In this document: piece after piece, positions 39,001 through 47,359 of the stretch | Position numbering within the stretch: the stretch's first letter is position 1 | Layout: each line of letters begins with the position of its first letter | IMG/VR virus record: IMGVR_UViG_3300020469_000009 | DNA: 64,000 nt | DNA from: a virus | Strand: one strand, 5' to 3' | Program-made: the position numbers and the translations under genes | Notes under the pieces: model-generated | The model's input: the letters and a program-made list of their open reading frames with translations, nothing else | What the model was told of the DNA's origin: nothing | The model's database searches: none

Positions 39001-39297
39001 ACCTTCTACTGTACCAGTATCTGCACTTGTTAGTGGAAAGTTAACATTACCAGACCCTGATATAAGAGTCATTGCATGAACATCAAAGTTTACATGAATA
39101 TTTCCTTCATTAACTCTTGAACCATCTTTAAATACATGGTCACCAAATCTTTGAATCTGATTTTGTGTAATTGTTTGTAGCTGACTAAGTTCACGAGATT
39201 GTACGGCAAAGCCTGGTCTAAACAAGACTCGTAAATAATCCTTTTTTGGATCGTAATCGTCAAAATAAGGCGATACGTTTAAATTAATTGTTGACAT
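33037..39297 (-). CDS. Large virion structural protein, VrlC/DUF4815-like (2086 aa)
   Basis: NLNVSPYFDDYD..KDYLRVLFRPGFAVQSRELSQLQ, KSGFVVDDFS, DPVAQLF, SQNGSTWT. Confidence 0.88.
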   Translation of the reverse strand: MSTINLNVSPYFDDYDPKKDYLRVLFRPGFAVQSRELSQLQTITQNQIQRFGDHVFKDGSRVNEGNIHVNFDVHAMTLISGSGNVNFPLTSADTGTVEGNIGNFSETLITNQAGDVQAKVLKTPTGINESATAGSIFFTYITSKKFTDSDEGFIYAKTADNPGSTISHVNVFSKVSKSAVATIKNGVYYIDGFFTRINEQNVVVSSTTNRPTAAIGFSITSKAITANDDATLFDNARGSTNEGAPGANRLQNSISVLIKSTLDQGSDPTFYKQIEINNGVIVGDTERAIQGRSNSQNPQYNFLGDELAKRRREESGSYYVKKFLPKIRENSWEDSDRFGVSFSPGIAYVDGYRLETSAPKDIYIDRNTEAKKEFNSKLSIKGAPYVDIYDMTSGVLSGMLLTQAGGIGSYQNKLALQDSDGITIGFGRPYGVQVTSTAGGIAKGRLYMHDIKMFQHITIGDSDNSTYDSDHTSLHKGVYVAGEEIKATLIGKVQTGHVIKLDSNIGAGAAVKNDSDWTDFTGTKTIAGVSQQRNGILITNSSAPFAVGAQLSGDVPRGALTAVKSKIKTSRLYDFSQVRRIRAAKDDSDGVGFAAFTDWTPGSGATLKNVGGELLGNSDKTFKTLRSGTVPFDNDFEVMYKSPPTISSTEGGLSVTPNLTDSQWSHNRNGDYKRTRIDDAVEITKTLKYGVLKIRNTDSSRTTAVNSSWSAQDRRINMYYPDLYKVYKIVQATDNNSFAESTTLPSAAFTPVKLSISGGATIPQGSLLIGKESKTRARVALSNTVATGESTLSATTGYHIVKSGTGLADEVQVCFEKGVAFVAGEAITIKVPDRETAILDNITFTSLGTTIAGTDITNNYLVDNGQRADYYGIGSIIRKKSVPAPSSGDLLVFFSYFDADPFQGLFYSVDSYAADGFYSVDPRYFREPQEIKSYEPLNGTNLRNSVDFRFRQRLGSNYSTAQNPLSFSWRNLENTGTHVMPDGQFSTDAEYFLGQKLSFVLNKDAEIKVIPGIGDTRAATQPDLAPGTMLLATIDVPPAVRYPTKTIDIAEGQQRGFTMKDISKIEKRVRNLETSVSLSLLESQALHDNVGTRVKSGFVVDDFSSVISTPGDLQNKEFRASIDTQTNQLRAPSVERDIVLERSDAGTNIDPYYLTQGPGYIMKSYTEQKMLEQTFASELVRINPYAAWTYSGIISLTPNQDFWRDPSWNIVENFFIDRTAFGGGTTSVSEAVFDNLTPVTRDIPNTEFNTTETNWTGTTTTTTTTSLGNIWTWWLGDTTTTTETETGTTTTSNFIAQEEEFTSSSNFNIREVREKDDAFIRSRVVEFVGTGFRPNTDLKAVFDSVDVSNNCQQTDYLPIDVSTTRTYGTVGALRTDGKGQIRGRLTIPARTFKTGTKSLVLTDKDGSATTEGQVIYESRGFFEVGDLVSLRATREAGNRLISQSTSDATRSTSTTTTTPFVWPALNWNFGDPVAQLFTLPLDPGNDPNNFNPANQNARATGSFITSVDIYLGFVDTRTNNDHVLCEIRSTENGYPGRDILGRARVDVTSANANLLKPATKTNFRFDAPVFLREQTEYAIVLLTPSDTTSVWTAQQGQEDVNTGGKIDKQPNVGGYYGSFFSSQNGSTWTPEQNRDLTFTANRAEFTTADSTITMRDKANFYGQPIGQAAQGLAIETFDNSYYIKVHHPNHGMYGPDDTHQVRILGVSGNGTISNGADSDLVRFRGESVLNGIPTSFINNVSGLSNLTTSSTTARHKVKNATQDTYMIDLSEQDSDSAAINSNPVTGGWHKSVKAGKGGGENVVATGSIQYDAVRTNTSPIIFDETTVESQLKTTSGANLILRAASNLFGYSTGDQYYDSPQVKETSFNRAPIDRIVGFSSPRLVNGSMNKTATADFEQQITLKTTNKFVSPVIRLDSASTMFAYKNNIGTYIDDSDMSGLVATPVTATSTATAQTEFAAFQAGISSRDEQAGYITKVLKLDVPASQIRMFFDADMDPSGEFNIRYKTRAVGDNTEFGEIEFETFPRTQIVNETNFGKFKSSAVFEQFSLTQDLGKEFDAFQIKIEMNSKNSSFISKLRDLRIIAVA

Positions 39298-39321
39298 GTA
39301 TAAATCTCTTCATTCTATTTA

Positions 39322-40734
39322 TTACAATCTCAATAGTATATTCAAAGATTCTATCTGATCTTTTGATCTTTGTAGTGCTTTTTCCAAGTAATCTACTGAT
39401 AGAAACTTACCGCTATTAAATTTTATTTCAGCACTAGTAGCTTTTTTAATTACATTGTTATGTGCTGTTGAAATTATTGAATCACTATCAGTGAAAGTTT
39501 TTCTTAACTTCCCAGAGTTAATGTAAAAAACATCTTTACCACTGACTGCTATTACCTTTCCAGCTGTGTCTGAATCACCATTTTTAAAGAAGGTGTCATT
39601 GATAGAAAATAAAGCTGTATTATCACAGGTAATTTTTTTAGCAACTGTATAATAATCTTTTGTACCAATTAAATTTGTAGATGCATCAATAGGATTTTTC
39701 ATTAAACCTATCATAGAAAACTCACCAACTGCTAAATCTGCAAATCCGTTTTCTAAAGGTATCACCCTTGAAGTTAACATAACATCTCTTGCTTGTAATT
39801 CGTCTCCTGCATCAGCACCATGACCAAGTCCAGGTGATAAATCTAATCTATAACATTTTAGTTCTGAATCATTCTCAGAATCAACAGCATAAGGTAAAGC
39901 TGTATAACCTTTACCATATTGAATAACTTCAAACTTCCAAACTGCTGATTGTTCGCTATCTCTCGTAGCAATTGCTTTAAATACTTGTGTAGGTGTAGCA
40001 CCAGTACCATCAACACCTCTCATTTTTACTGTATTTTTACTTGTGAAACCTCTTAATTTATCTGAGTCAGGCCTTTCATTTGGACCATGTTTAATTCGTA
40101 CATTAAAGATAGAACCAGAAATTGCATTATTTTGTACTTGCAATTGATCATATCTTGATGTACCACTTGTGACTGTTTGAGATTCTTCTCTTGATACTCT
40201 TTCTGGTACAGGCATAAAATCTTCAGTCATGAATAAAATTGCATCTGAATTTGTAATTGTGTACATATACTGCCACCAGTGGTTATCAGATGTTTTAAAT
40301 GGTAATGATGATGAACCAGTAGGAGCAACAGTTGATGCTGTGAGAGAAGGTGCAAATAATACTTTATACACATTTTGGCGTGGAACACCCTGTACAATTT
40401 CTGTAGACATTACGTAGTAATCACTATCATTAGAAGTATCAGTATTCCAACCAGAATAGACTCTGTTTTTTACCCAGTTCTTTCTTTGAATAACTCTTGA
40501 TACACCACCTGGTAAGACACGGTGCATTGTGACTATATTTTTATATACGTTAATTAAATCTGAATCGGTGACGTTTTCTGAAAGGTCTGAATCATGAAAT
40601 GGATAATCTTCTGAATCTGTATAAGCAATATACGCATAATAGGTATCATCATTTGAAGTATTACGAACTTCGTCTCTTGCTGATTTTGCAATAAGTGTTT
40701 TAAGTTCTGGTGTTATTTTACCAATTGTTGCCAT
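39322..40734 (-). CDS. gp8: Baseplate wedge subunit (gp8)
   Basis: SRVIQRKNW, YYVM, VYKVL, SDNHWWQYMYTI, FMPVP, GHGADA..EL. Confidence 0.85.
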   Translation of the reverse strand: MATIGKITPELKTLIAKSARDEVRNTSNDDTYYAYIAYTDSEDYPFHDSDLSENVTDSDLINVYKNIVTMHRVLPGGVSRVIQRKNWVKNRVYSGWNTDTSNDSDYYVMSTEIVQGVPRQNVYKVLFAPSLTASTVAPTGSSSLPFKTSDNHWWQYMYTITNSDAILFMTEDFMPVPERVSREESQTVTSGTSRYDQLQVQNNAISGSIFNVRIKHGPNERPDSDKLRGFTSKNTVKMRGVDGTGATPTQVFKAIATRDSEQSAVWKFEVIQYGKGYTALPYAVDSENDSELKCYRLDLSPGLGHGADAGDELQARDVMLTSRVIPLENGFADLAVGEFSMIGLMKNPIDASTNLIGTKDYYTVAKKITCDNTALFSINDTFFKNGDSDTAGKVIAVSGKDVFYINSGKLRKTFTDSDSIISTAHNNVIKKATSAEIKFNSGKFLSVDYLEKALQRSKDQIESLNILLRL

Positions 40735-43700
40735 TAATTTTTTCTCTTAAACTCAAGGTTCTCTTTGTAATCAGAGTCAGTAATAGTCCCTAATAGTTGC
40801 GTTGTATTATTTATTCCAGCACCAGAAGGATATGTAGAGGAAACAATAATAGTATTTCCACCACCGAGATAGTTTCCAAAAGCTCTAGAGCTTCTTGGTG
40901 ATTTTACATCTGAAAAACCTCTTACATTTTCAATTGCGAATCTGTTTCTAATTTGGCTATCTCTTATAATTTGATCTGAATCCATTTCTGAGTCTGGAGC
41001 AATATACGTAATATTACCTAACGCGACATCTTTACCAGGTATTCTCCAACCTTCATTATATTCTGAGTCTCTTAAAGAATTAAAGATATTATATTTTCTT
41101 TCGTAAGCATCTATATCATAATACGTTGTACCATTTTCAACAAATACTAATTCTTTATTTAGTCTCATAGCTGTGTTAAAATCTTGTGACTTACCTATTC
41201 TAATTTCTCTTGTTCTATCAATGGCTTGAGCAAAGGTATCTACATCAGTATCACTATCTTTAATTCTGCTATAGTCAATTTTTTCAAAGGTGGAAACTGT
41301 TAAAGCATCAAATCTTTGAAAAATATCTTTAGGAATTTCAGAATCATAAACTCTAAATTGTTCAAAGTCTTCATACTTAATTTGTGAAATACCAATTGTC
41401 TCAACATTATTATATCTTTTTGCACTATGGAATTCACTTGGAACATAATGTGTTTTAGTATTATTTACTCTTGAAAGACGTGTAATTTCACTATCATGTT
41501 TTTGTGTAGTCATTGAACGTTTAAAGAAGTCTGAATCAAAACCATTTCCTAATATTAATTTACCATCACCTTTTCTTGGTGTAAAGTACATACCAAATTT
41601 GACTTTTAAATCTGAATCTGAATCAATTGCACTTCTTACATAATTATAATGTCCTTCACTGTCAAATATAGTCCAAACTTTATGTACTAGCCCTACAGGT
41701 TCATAATCAAAGAATGAATTACCTCTTTGAGAAAGAATAGATGATTCTACGTTTCTTTGAGTATAATCGGCAGTTAAGAATGTACCCGAAGCATCATTTG
41801 TAGGTGATACAATATTAAATGGGTTAGCACCAAATGCTATGGAATCAGCAAATACAGCTACACCTGCAGTGGACTTATCATTAAAGAAATCATCATCGGC
41901 ATCAAAGGTAAGATTTGCAACTTCACTTCCAATATCAGTAGTAGGTTTTACAACTTCAGAAGTTTTAGTATCTGCTAAAGTGTTAACGTTTAATTCACCA
42001 AATAAGTAAAGTCCAGCTGGATGTAAGGTATCTTTAATTGGACCTCTCCAAGAATTCATATTTAAGTCAGACTGAATGATATATGAATATTCTGAAACTG
42101 TAAAGTTATCTCTAAGTACACCACCTGATACTGAACTTAAGAATCCACTTTCATTTAAGAATGTTTTTTCTGTTTCTGTTGTTAATGGAAATTGAACATT
42201 AATTTTTGGAGAACCAAACTGTACAACTGTGTTAGATACAGGGAAAGTTTCTTGTGAAAGTTTTGAACCATCTTGTGGATTTACTTTTATAACTCTAAGT
42301 AATGCATGAGGTATCTTATCAAATGTATCAATATCACTATCATTTGGAAACTTCATAGAGACATTTAGTGTTGATACAACTTGTTCACTATCAGCTTTAC
42401 TTAATGTAAAACTAGTACCGTCAGTAGATTTAGTTGTGACTACACCACCATAACCAGTACTTACAAAAGTACCAATATTTTTAGATGTACCTTTACCACT
42501 ACCATCTGAATCTGCTTCATCAGCTGATACAAAAACTTGTGAAGTATAAGTTTGTGTTAGCTCTGAATCATTTGCAGCTGAATTTTGTAATTGGTTAATA
42601 TGAAACTTATCTAATCTATAAAGTCTTGGGTCATTAATTTTAACTGGAAAAGCCTGTACAGCATGTCTTGGTAATGGGTTTTGAATAATAGGAACACTAG
42701 CATAACCACTTACACCAGAACCTCCTAAAACATTAAAGATTTGGTTTCCATTATTATGACCTAAAGTCGATGAATTAAAAGAATCTGAGTCTAATGCTAC
42801 AGTTGTTCTATCACTGTCTCTTCCAAAAGAATGTGTTGGACTCCAAGTTCCATGTGAACTACCATCAGTTATTTGACCAAAATGATAACTATTATCACTA
42901 TCATAAATTTCAGAATCATTACCACGAACGTTTGAAGGATAACCATATTTTTGTCCAGGTTTACCTGCAACTCTTGTGGTTGATGTAATCTTATCCCAAC
43001 GAGCTGTGGCTGTAGCACCAAGATATCCTGGTTCGGCTCCTGTGATAGATGCTGTTTTTCGTAAATTTCCTCTTCCATCTGAATCTATATTTGTTATAGG
43101 TTCTTCCGCACCAGCCCAAGCACTTACCCATCTTGCCCATTTACGTGGACCTGTTTCACCTTCATTCCAAGAATAATAAGTTGGTGTGACACCTTGAATA
43201 TCAAACTCTGAATCTGATTTCCATCTTTCTATAAAGTCACTGTCACCATCAGAATCATAATACTTAACACTTCTTATTTTCCAGTTATAATTTTCTGAAT
43301 CCCACGCCACTGGCATTTTAATTAGTTTAAATTTATTACCACTCTTAAAAAAGTATTTCCTGTTTGATGAATAGTTTACATAATGGTCATCAATTCTTGT
43401 TTGATTGTTTAATCCGAATGCAAAGGTTGAACGAAATTTACCTTGAGCATATTGCATACTTCTAATACCATTTTTATGAAACTGAGCTTTATGTTTGTCA
43501 AAGTTTCCAGGATAGGAAACTCCTAAAATTATTGAGGTATTAGATAAAACTCCATCTGAATCAAGATCACTACCTGGAGCAAATCTTAGATTAAAGTCAC
43601 TATTATCTTTACCTTCATACAAATAGTTTGTACCAAGTTCTTCTGTACCAGACCAATATAAAGTATCACTATCATTACAAATACCATCAGAGTCTTCTAT

Positions 43701-45077
43701 TTTTAAATTAATTGTTATGACTTCACTATCATGTCTCATACTACCAGCATCTGAATCTGGTGAAAAGTGTTGGAATTCTACTACGTTTCCAATATCAATT
43801 GACTCTTGATTTGCAATTCTTACTGAAAAGGGTGATACAGTTTGAGGTACACCAAATTGGTCTGAATCAAAGAAACCTGTTTGAGGTGTAGATACTTCTA
43901 ATATTTTACCTACCTCTGATGAAAGACCTCTTGCATCTAATCCAGTTCCATCAGTTGTTCTTATAAAAGGTTCTGGTATATGTGTGTATTGTCCTTTTTG
44001 AATAATAGGAACTATTACTGGTTCAAAATCTTCAGATAAATAACCAGTTCCTCCTAATCTCACTTGACTTCCATCAATTTCTGTGACAGCACCTTCAGCA
44101 TCTACGGCTGTTACGAAACCTAAAGCACCAGCACCATCAACACCACCGGGACTTACAAACTCTATAGTATCTCCAACTCTATAACCTTTACCACGGTTAC
44201 GAATCATGACTCTATCAATTTCACCTGATTGTATTTTAGAAACTTGTATTGGAATACTATTTGCAGTATCATTAACAAAAAACTTATCACCTACTCTAAA
44301 ACCAGCTCCACCATCTATAATTGACGTATTACCAATGTGATTAAGAAGTTTTACTTTTACTACTTTTGAAGTATCAGTAGAGTCTCTTAAAATTACTTCT
44401 CTACCTTTTACTAATCTTCCACCCATATCTGAGTCAGGATTTTTAGTAAGATATAAAGTTAGAACTGTATTGTTATTTTTTGTGACACCAGTAAATGTAC
44501 CATCAAGAACTGTAAGTATGTTTGCAGATGAATCACTATCTACAGCATCACTATCTAATCTAATTGTAGATAACTCATAATTGAAGTCACCTAAATTAGT
44601 CTCATTTAAAACTACTTCAGCTTTTATCTGTGTAAAGGATGTAAAAAGAGATTCAGAAGCTTGTATGATTTGTGTTTTTGGTTCAAATACATCAGCTTCT
44701 TTTCCAAATAACATTCTAAATAAAAGCTTAAATGCATTTGGAGTTCCTTTTGCTAAGTAAACATCTCTTGCTTTTTTAAATATGATTTCATCTGAAACAG
44801 CATTACCTGTAATTGTGAAAGGTGTTAATTGTCTTCTAAAATATTCTTTAAATTCTGTAAGTGTGGTATCAACGTCTCGGTAAGCTTCAGCATTTTGAAT
44901 TAAGTCACCGGCATTTGGAACTGTTTTAAAAAGATTAAGTGCTGATGTAGAGTCACTATCGTTTTGTTGTTCTAAATATTCATAATATGCTTCTACAAAT
45001 AACTGGAAGTTCGGATGTTCAGATTTTATGAACTCCGGTAGCTGCTTTTTTATTATTGGCAGTATGTGTTTTGCCAT
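40734..45077 (-). CDS. gp7: Baseplate wedge initiator (gp7-like), very DS[DE]-rich (~34 motifs)
   Basis: QLPEFIKSEHPNF..FVEAYYEYLE, YLAKGT..AFKLLFRMLFG, YSYII, LHPAGLYLFG. Confidence 0.85.
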   Translation of the reverse strand: MAKHILPIIKKQLPEFIKSEHPNFQLFVEAYYEYLEQQNDSDSTSALNLFKTVPNAGDLIQNAEAYRDVDTTLTEFKEYFRRQLTPFTITGNAVSDEIIFKKARDVYLAKGTPNAFKLLFRMLFGKEADVFEPKTQIIQASESLFTSFTQIKAEVVLNETNLGDFNYELSTIRLDSDAVDSDSSANILTVLDGTFTGVTKNNNTVLTLYLTKNPDSDMGGRLVKGREVILRDSTDTSKVVKVKLLNHIGNTSIIDGGAGFRVGDKFFVNDTANSIPIQVSKIQSGEIDRVMIRNRGKGYRVGDTIEFVSPGGVDGAGALGFVTAVDAEGAVTEIDGSQVRLGGTGYLSEDFEPVIVPIIQKGQYTHIPEPFIRTTDGTGLDARGLSSEVGKILEVSTPQTGFFDSDQFGVPQTVSPFSVRIANQESIDIGNVVEFQHFSPDSDAGSMRHDSEVITINLKIEDSDGICNDSDTLYWSGTEELGTNYLYEGKDNSDFNLRFAPGSDLDSDGVLSNTSIILGVSYPGNFDKHKAQFHKNGIRSMQYAQGKFRSTFAFGLNNQTRIDDHYVNYSSNRKYFFKSGNKFKLIKMPVAWDSENYNWKIRSVKYYDSDGDSDFIERWKSDSEFDIQGVTPTYYSWNEGETGPRKWARWVSAWAGAEEPITNIDSDGRGNLRKTASITGAEPGYLGATATARWDKITSTTRVAGKPGQKYGYPSNVRGNDSEIYDSDNSYHFGQITDGSSHGTWSPTHSFGRDSDRTTVALDSDSFNSSTLGHNNGNQIFNVLGGSGVSGYASVPIIQNPLPRHAVQAFPVKINDPRLYRLDKFHINQLQNSAANDSELTQTYTSQVFVSADEADSDGSGKGTSKNIGTFVSTGYGGVVTTKSTDGTSFTLSKADSEQVVSTLNVSMKFPNDSDIDTFDKIPHALLRVIKVNPQDGSKLSQETFPVSNTVVQFGSPKINVQFPLTTETEKTFLNESGFLSSVSGGVLRDNFTVSEYSYIIQSDLNMNSWRGPIKDTLHPAGLYLFGELNVNTLADTKTSEVVKPTTDIGSEVANLTFDADDDFFNDKSTAGVAVFADSIAFGANPFNIVSPTNDASGTFLTADYTQRNVESSILSQRGNSFFDYEPVGLVHKVWTIFDSEGHYNYVRSAIDSDSDLKVKFGMYFTPRKGDGKLILGNGFDSDFFKRSMTTQKHDSEITRLSRVNNTKTHYVPSEFHSAKRYNNVETIGISQIKYEDFEQFRVYDSEIPKDIFQRFDALTVSTFEKIDYSRIKDSDTDVDTFAQAIDRTREIRIGKSQDFNTAMRLNKELVFVENGTTYYDIDAYERKYNIFNSLRDSEYNEGWRIPGKDVALGNITYIAPDSEMDSDQIIRDSQIRNRFAIENVRGFSDVKSPRSSRAFGNYLGGGNTIIVSSTYPSGAGINNTTQLLGTITDSDYKENLEFKRKN

Positions 45078-46891
45078 TACTTAGCTCTCGATACATTAAA
45101 CAAGTTTAGTGAAGCTTTATCATTTTTATCGATGGCTATCACTGTTGAATCTCCGACTGATATTTGTAATAAGTAATTTCCTGAAGTAAGTACATCAAAA
45201 GAATCTGGTATAGCTATGAATCCAATCTTTGAATCTTCTGGGTCAAAGTCACTAATATTAACTTCTCCAGTTTCATAGTCTACAGTACCTGCAGTTGTAT
45301 TTACTATTATGTTATCATCACCGATTACGTCTACTAATCTAAGAACACCTTTACCATCATCCATAAATTTAGAAAATGTATCTCTACCTGACCTTTTAAA
45401 TTGTGTTGAATTTATTACACCACCAACTGAAGCTTCTCCAGCATAAGGGGCTGTAAATAATCTATTATTAAAAGAGAAAGATGCATTATCTAAAACTCTA
45501 TTTTTAGCATTTACATCAAACCTTAAATTTATTCTTGGGTTTGCTGATACTATAGATTTATCTAAGTCTAAAATTTCTTGTGTTAGTTTAGATACTGAAA
45601 AACTTTCTAAGAAATCACCAATATATGAAGTGTTTAGTACATTGTAAAGTGCTAAAACTTTTGCTTCAAGTACTTCTTTACTCGTAGTTAATTTCGATGC
45701 ATCATATTGTACAATTGTTTTTGCTATAATTCTTGTAATTTGCGGGTCAACAACCTGTGGCGTTACTGTCACTAGATTAAATTTTGAAAGTATATCTCTA
45801 GTAATAGTTAATTTTGCTTGTGCCGTAAGTGCATCACCAGACTTTGGTTTAATAGAAAAGAAAACTTTACCTGGTTTACCTACAGTTTCACCGCCATATA
45901 CATTTAACGCTTGTATATCAGCATATTCTTTTTTCAAAATTGCTTTATAATCATTTTCAGTCACAGCTCTAAACTGTGCTTGAAAGAAATTAGGTGCATT
46001 GTCTTTAATTTCTTTAATAGTTTCTATTGCTCCACCACCTTGAGCTTTTATAGTATTCACTATTGTGATATCATTTCTACCAGCAATTGAAGGTGTGAAT
46101 GCATTTACTCCATTTGCATCTGAACCATTTGTGACTATATAAGAAACTAATACTTCATCACCAGCATTTAAGGCTTGGCCGAGTATACCATTACCAAACA
46201 TAATTCTATGTGTAAGGTCTCTAGTTTCTTCTATAAAATAAATTGTACTTAAATTATTAACATCATTAGTACCTTGAGTTTCATTTGACACTGGAGTCCA
46301 TTTAGAACCATTTACTGAAACCACAATAGTACTTGTGTCTATATTTTTATTTAGTAAATCAAATTTAGGAAAAGAAAGATTAGATGAATTAGGTACAAAT
46401 CTTTGAGTAATAGAATTACCTTCTACAATTTCAACAACTAAATCTTTTGTGGTACCATTTGTTTCAGAAGCATCATATTGAACTGAATATGCTTTTGTAG
46501 TAAAAAAGTTATATGTTGTTGTTCCATCTGAAGCTGTAAATAATGAACCTATTGGAAGTTGATAAAGATTAGCTCCACCAACTTTTGGAATTCTTAATGT
46601 GATTGTACCTTTTGAACCACGTGCTGAACGAGGCTGATAATTTAACATCTTAGCAATAGACAATACATTGTTTCTCATAAGAGCTGTATCTAAGAACATC
46701 TCATTTACAAGATAGTTTGCAGTTAAGTTATTATAATGTGTATTGTATGCTAAAATATCTACCAGTGTGTTTAATGCTGAACCAGTAAAATCATAGTCGG
46801 AAAAAGTAGAATCGTTTTTAAAATATGTAATTATATCTTGTTTTATATCTTTAAAATCTGGATTAGCTACTACCGGTCTTTGGTCTGCCAT
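45077..46891 (-). CDS. gp6: Baseplate wedge subunit (gp6)
   Basis: DYDFTGSALNTLVDILAYNTHY, NEMFLDTA, QFRAVTENDY, GTVDYETG. Confidence 0.95.
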   Translation of the reverse strand: MADQRPVVANPDFKDIKQDIITYFKNDSTFSDYDFTGSALNTLVDILAYNTHYNNLTANYLVNEMFLDTALMRNNVLSIAKMLNYQPRSARGSKGTITLRIPKVGGANLYQLPIGSLFTASDGTTTYNFFTTKAYSVQYDASETNGTTKDLVVEIVEGNSITQRFVPNSSNLSFPKFDLLNKNIDTSTIVVSVNGSKWTPVSNETQGTNDVNNLSTIYFIEETRDLTHRIMFGNGILGQALNAGDEVLVSYIVTNGSDANGVNAFTPSIAGRNDITIVNTIKAQGGGAIETIKEIKDNAPNFFQAQFRAVTENDYKAILKKEYADIQALNVYGGETVGKPGKVFFSIKPKSGDALTAQAKLTITRDILSKFNLVTVTPQVVDPQITRIIAKTIVQYDASKLTTSKEVLEAKVLALYNVLNTSYIGDFLESFSVSKLTQEILDLDKSIVSANPRINLRFDVNAKNRVLDNASFSFNNRLFTAPYAGEASVGGVINSTQFKRSGRDTFSKFMDDGKGVLRLVDVIGDDNIIVNTTAGTVDYETGEVNISDFDPEDSKIGFIAIPDSFDVLTSGNYLLQISVGDSTVIAIDKNDKASLNLFNVSRAK

Positions 46892-46894
46892 TTA

Positions 46895-47302
46895 TTACCT
46901 CAATCTTTCAAGTACGAGATTTACCTCGTTATTAGTGTTTACATCAAGCAACTCATAGGTAATTCCTATGTTGTATGCATTCGCTTCAACTAAATCTCCG
47001 ATAGCTATTTTTAATACTTTTACTCTTGGCTCATGGTTTTTTATAGCTGATTCGATTACTCGTCTCATATTTTGTATGGTGATACTATCAACTGGTTCAA
47101 AAAGTAAAGCCCTTGCATCAGAACCAAACATCGGTTGAAATGGTCTTTCATAAAAAGATGTTTGTACTATATTTTTTAAAGCTTGATTAATAGCAGAGTC
47201 ACCTTTTTTCATTACTAAATCGTTAGTAAGTGGATGTTTTGTAAAATTTAAGTCAAAGTCTAAATATTTACTTTTTCGTTGAAATGTCTCTTGTATCGCC
47301 AT
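46895..47302 (-). CDS. gp25: Baseplate wedge subunit (gp25)
   Basis: YLDFDLNFTKHP, KNIVQT...ERPFQP.FG, HEPRV. Confidence 0.95.
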   Translation of the reverse strand: MAIQETFQRKSKYLDFDLNFTKHPLTNDLVMKKGDSAINQALKNIVQTSFYERPFQPMFGSDARALLFEPVDSITIQNMRRVIESAIKNHEPRVKVLKIAIGDLVEANAYNIGITYELLDVNTNNEVNLVLERLR

Positions 47303-47306
47303 GAAT

Positions 47307-47329
47307 TATTTATTACCGCAGAATAAATA
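47307..47329. promoter_or_regulatory. Back-to-back late promoters (gp25 operon on -, fibre cassette on +)
   Basis: AATAAATA on both strands (47307-47314 and 47322-47329). Confidence 0.75.
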
Positions 47330-47359
47330 AATCATAAACATGTTTATAATTGGTGATTA

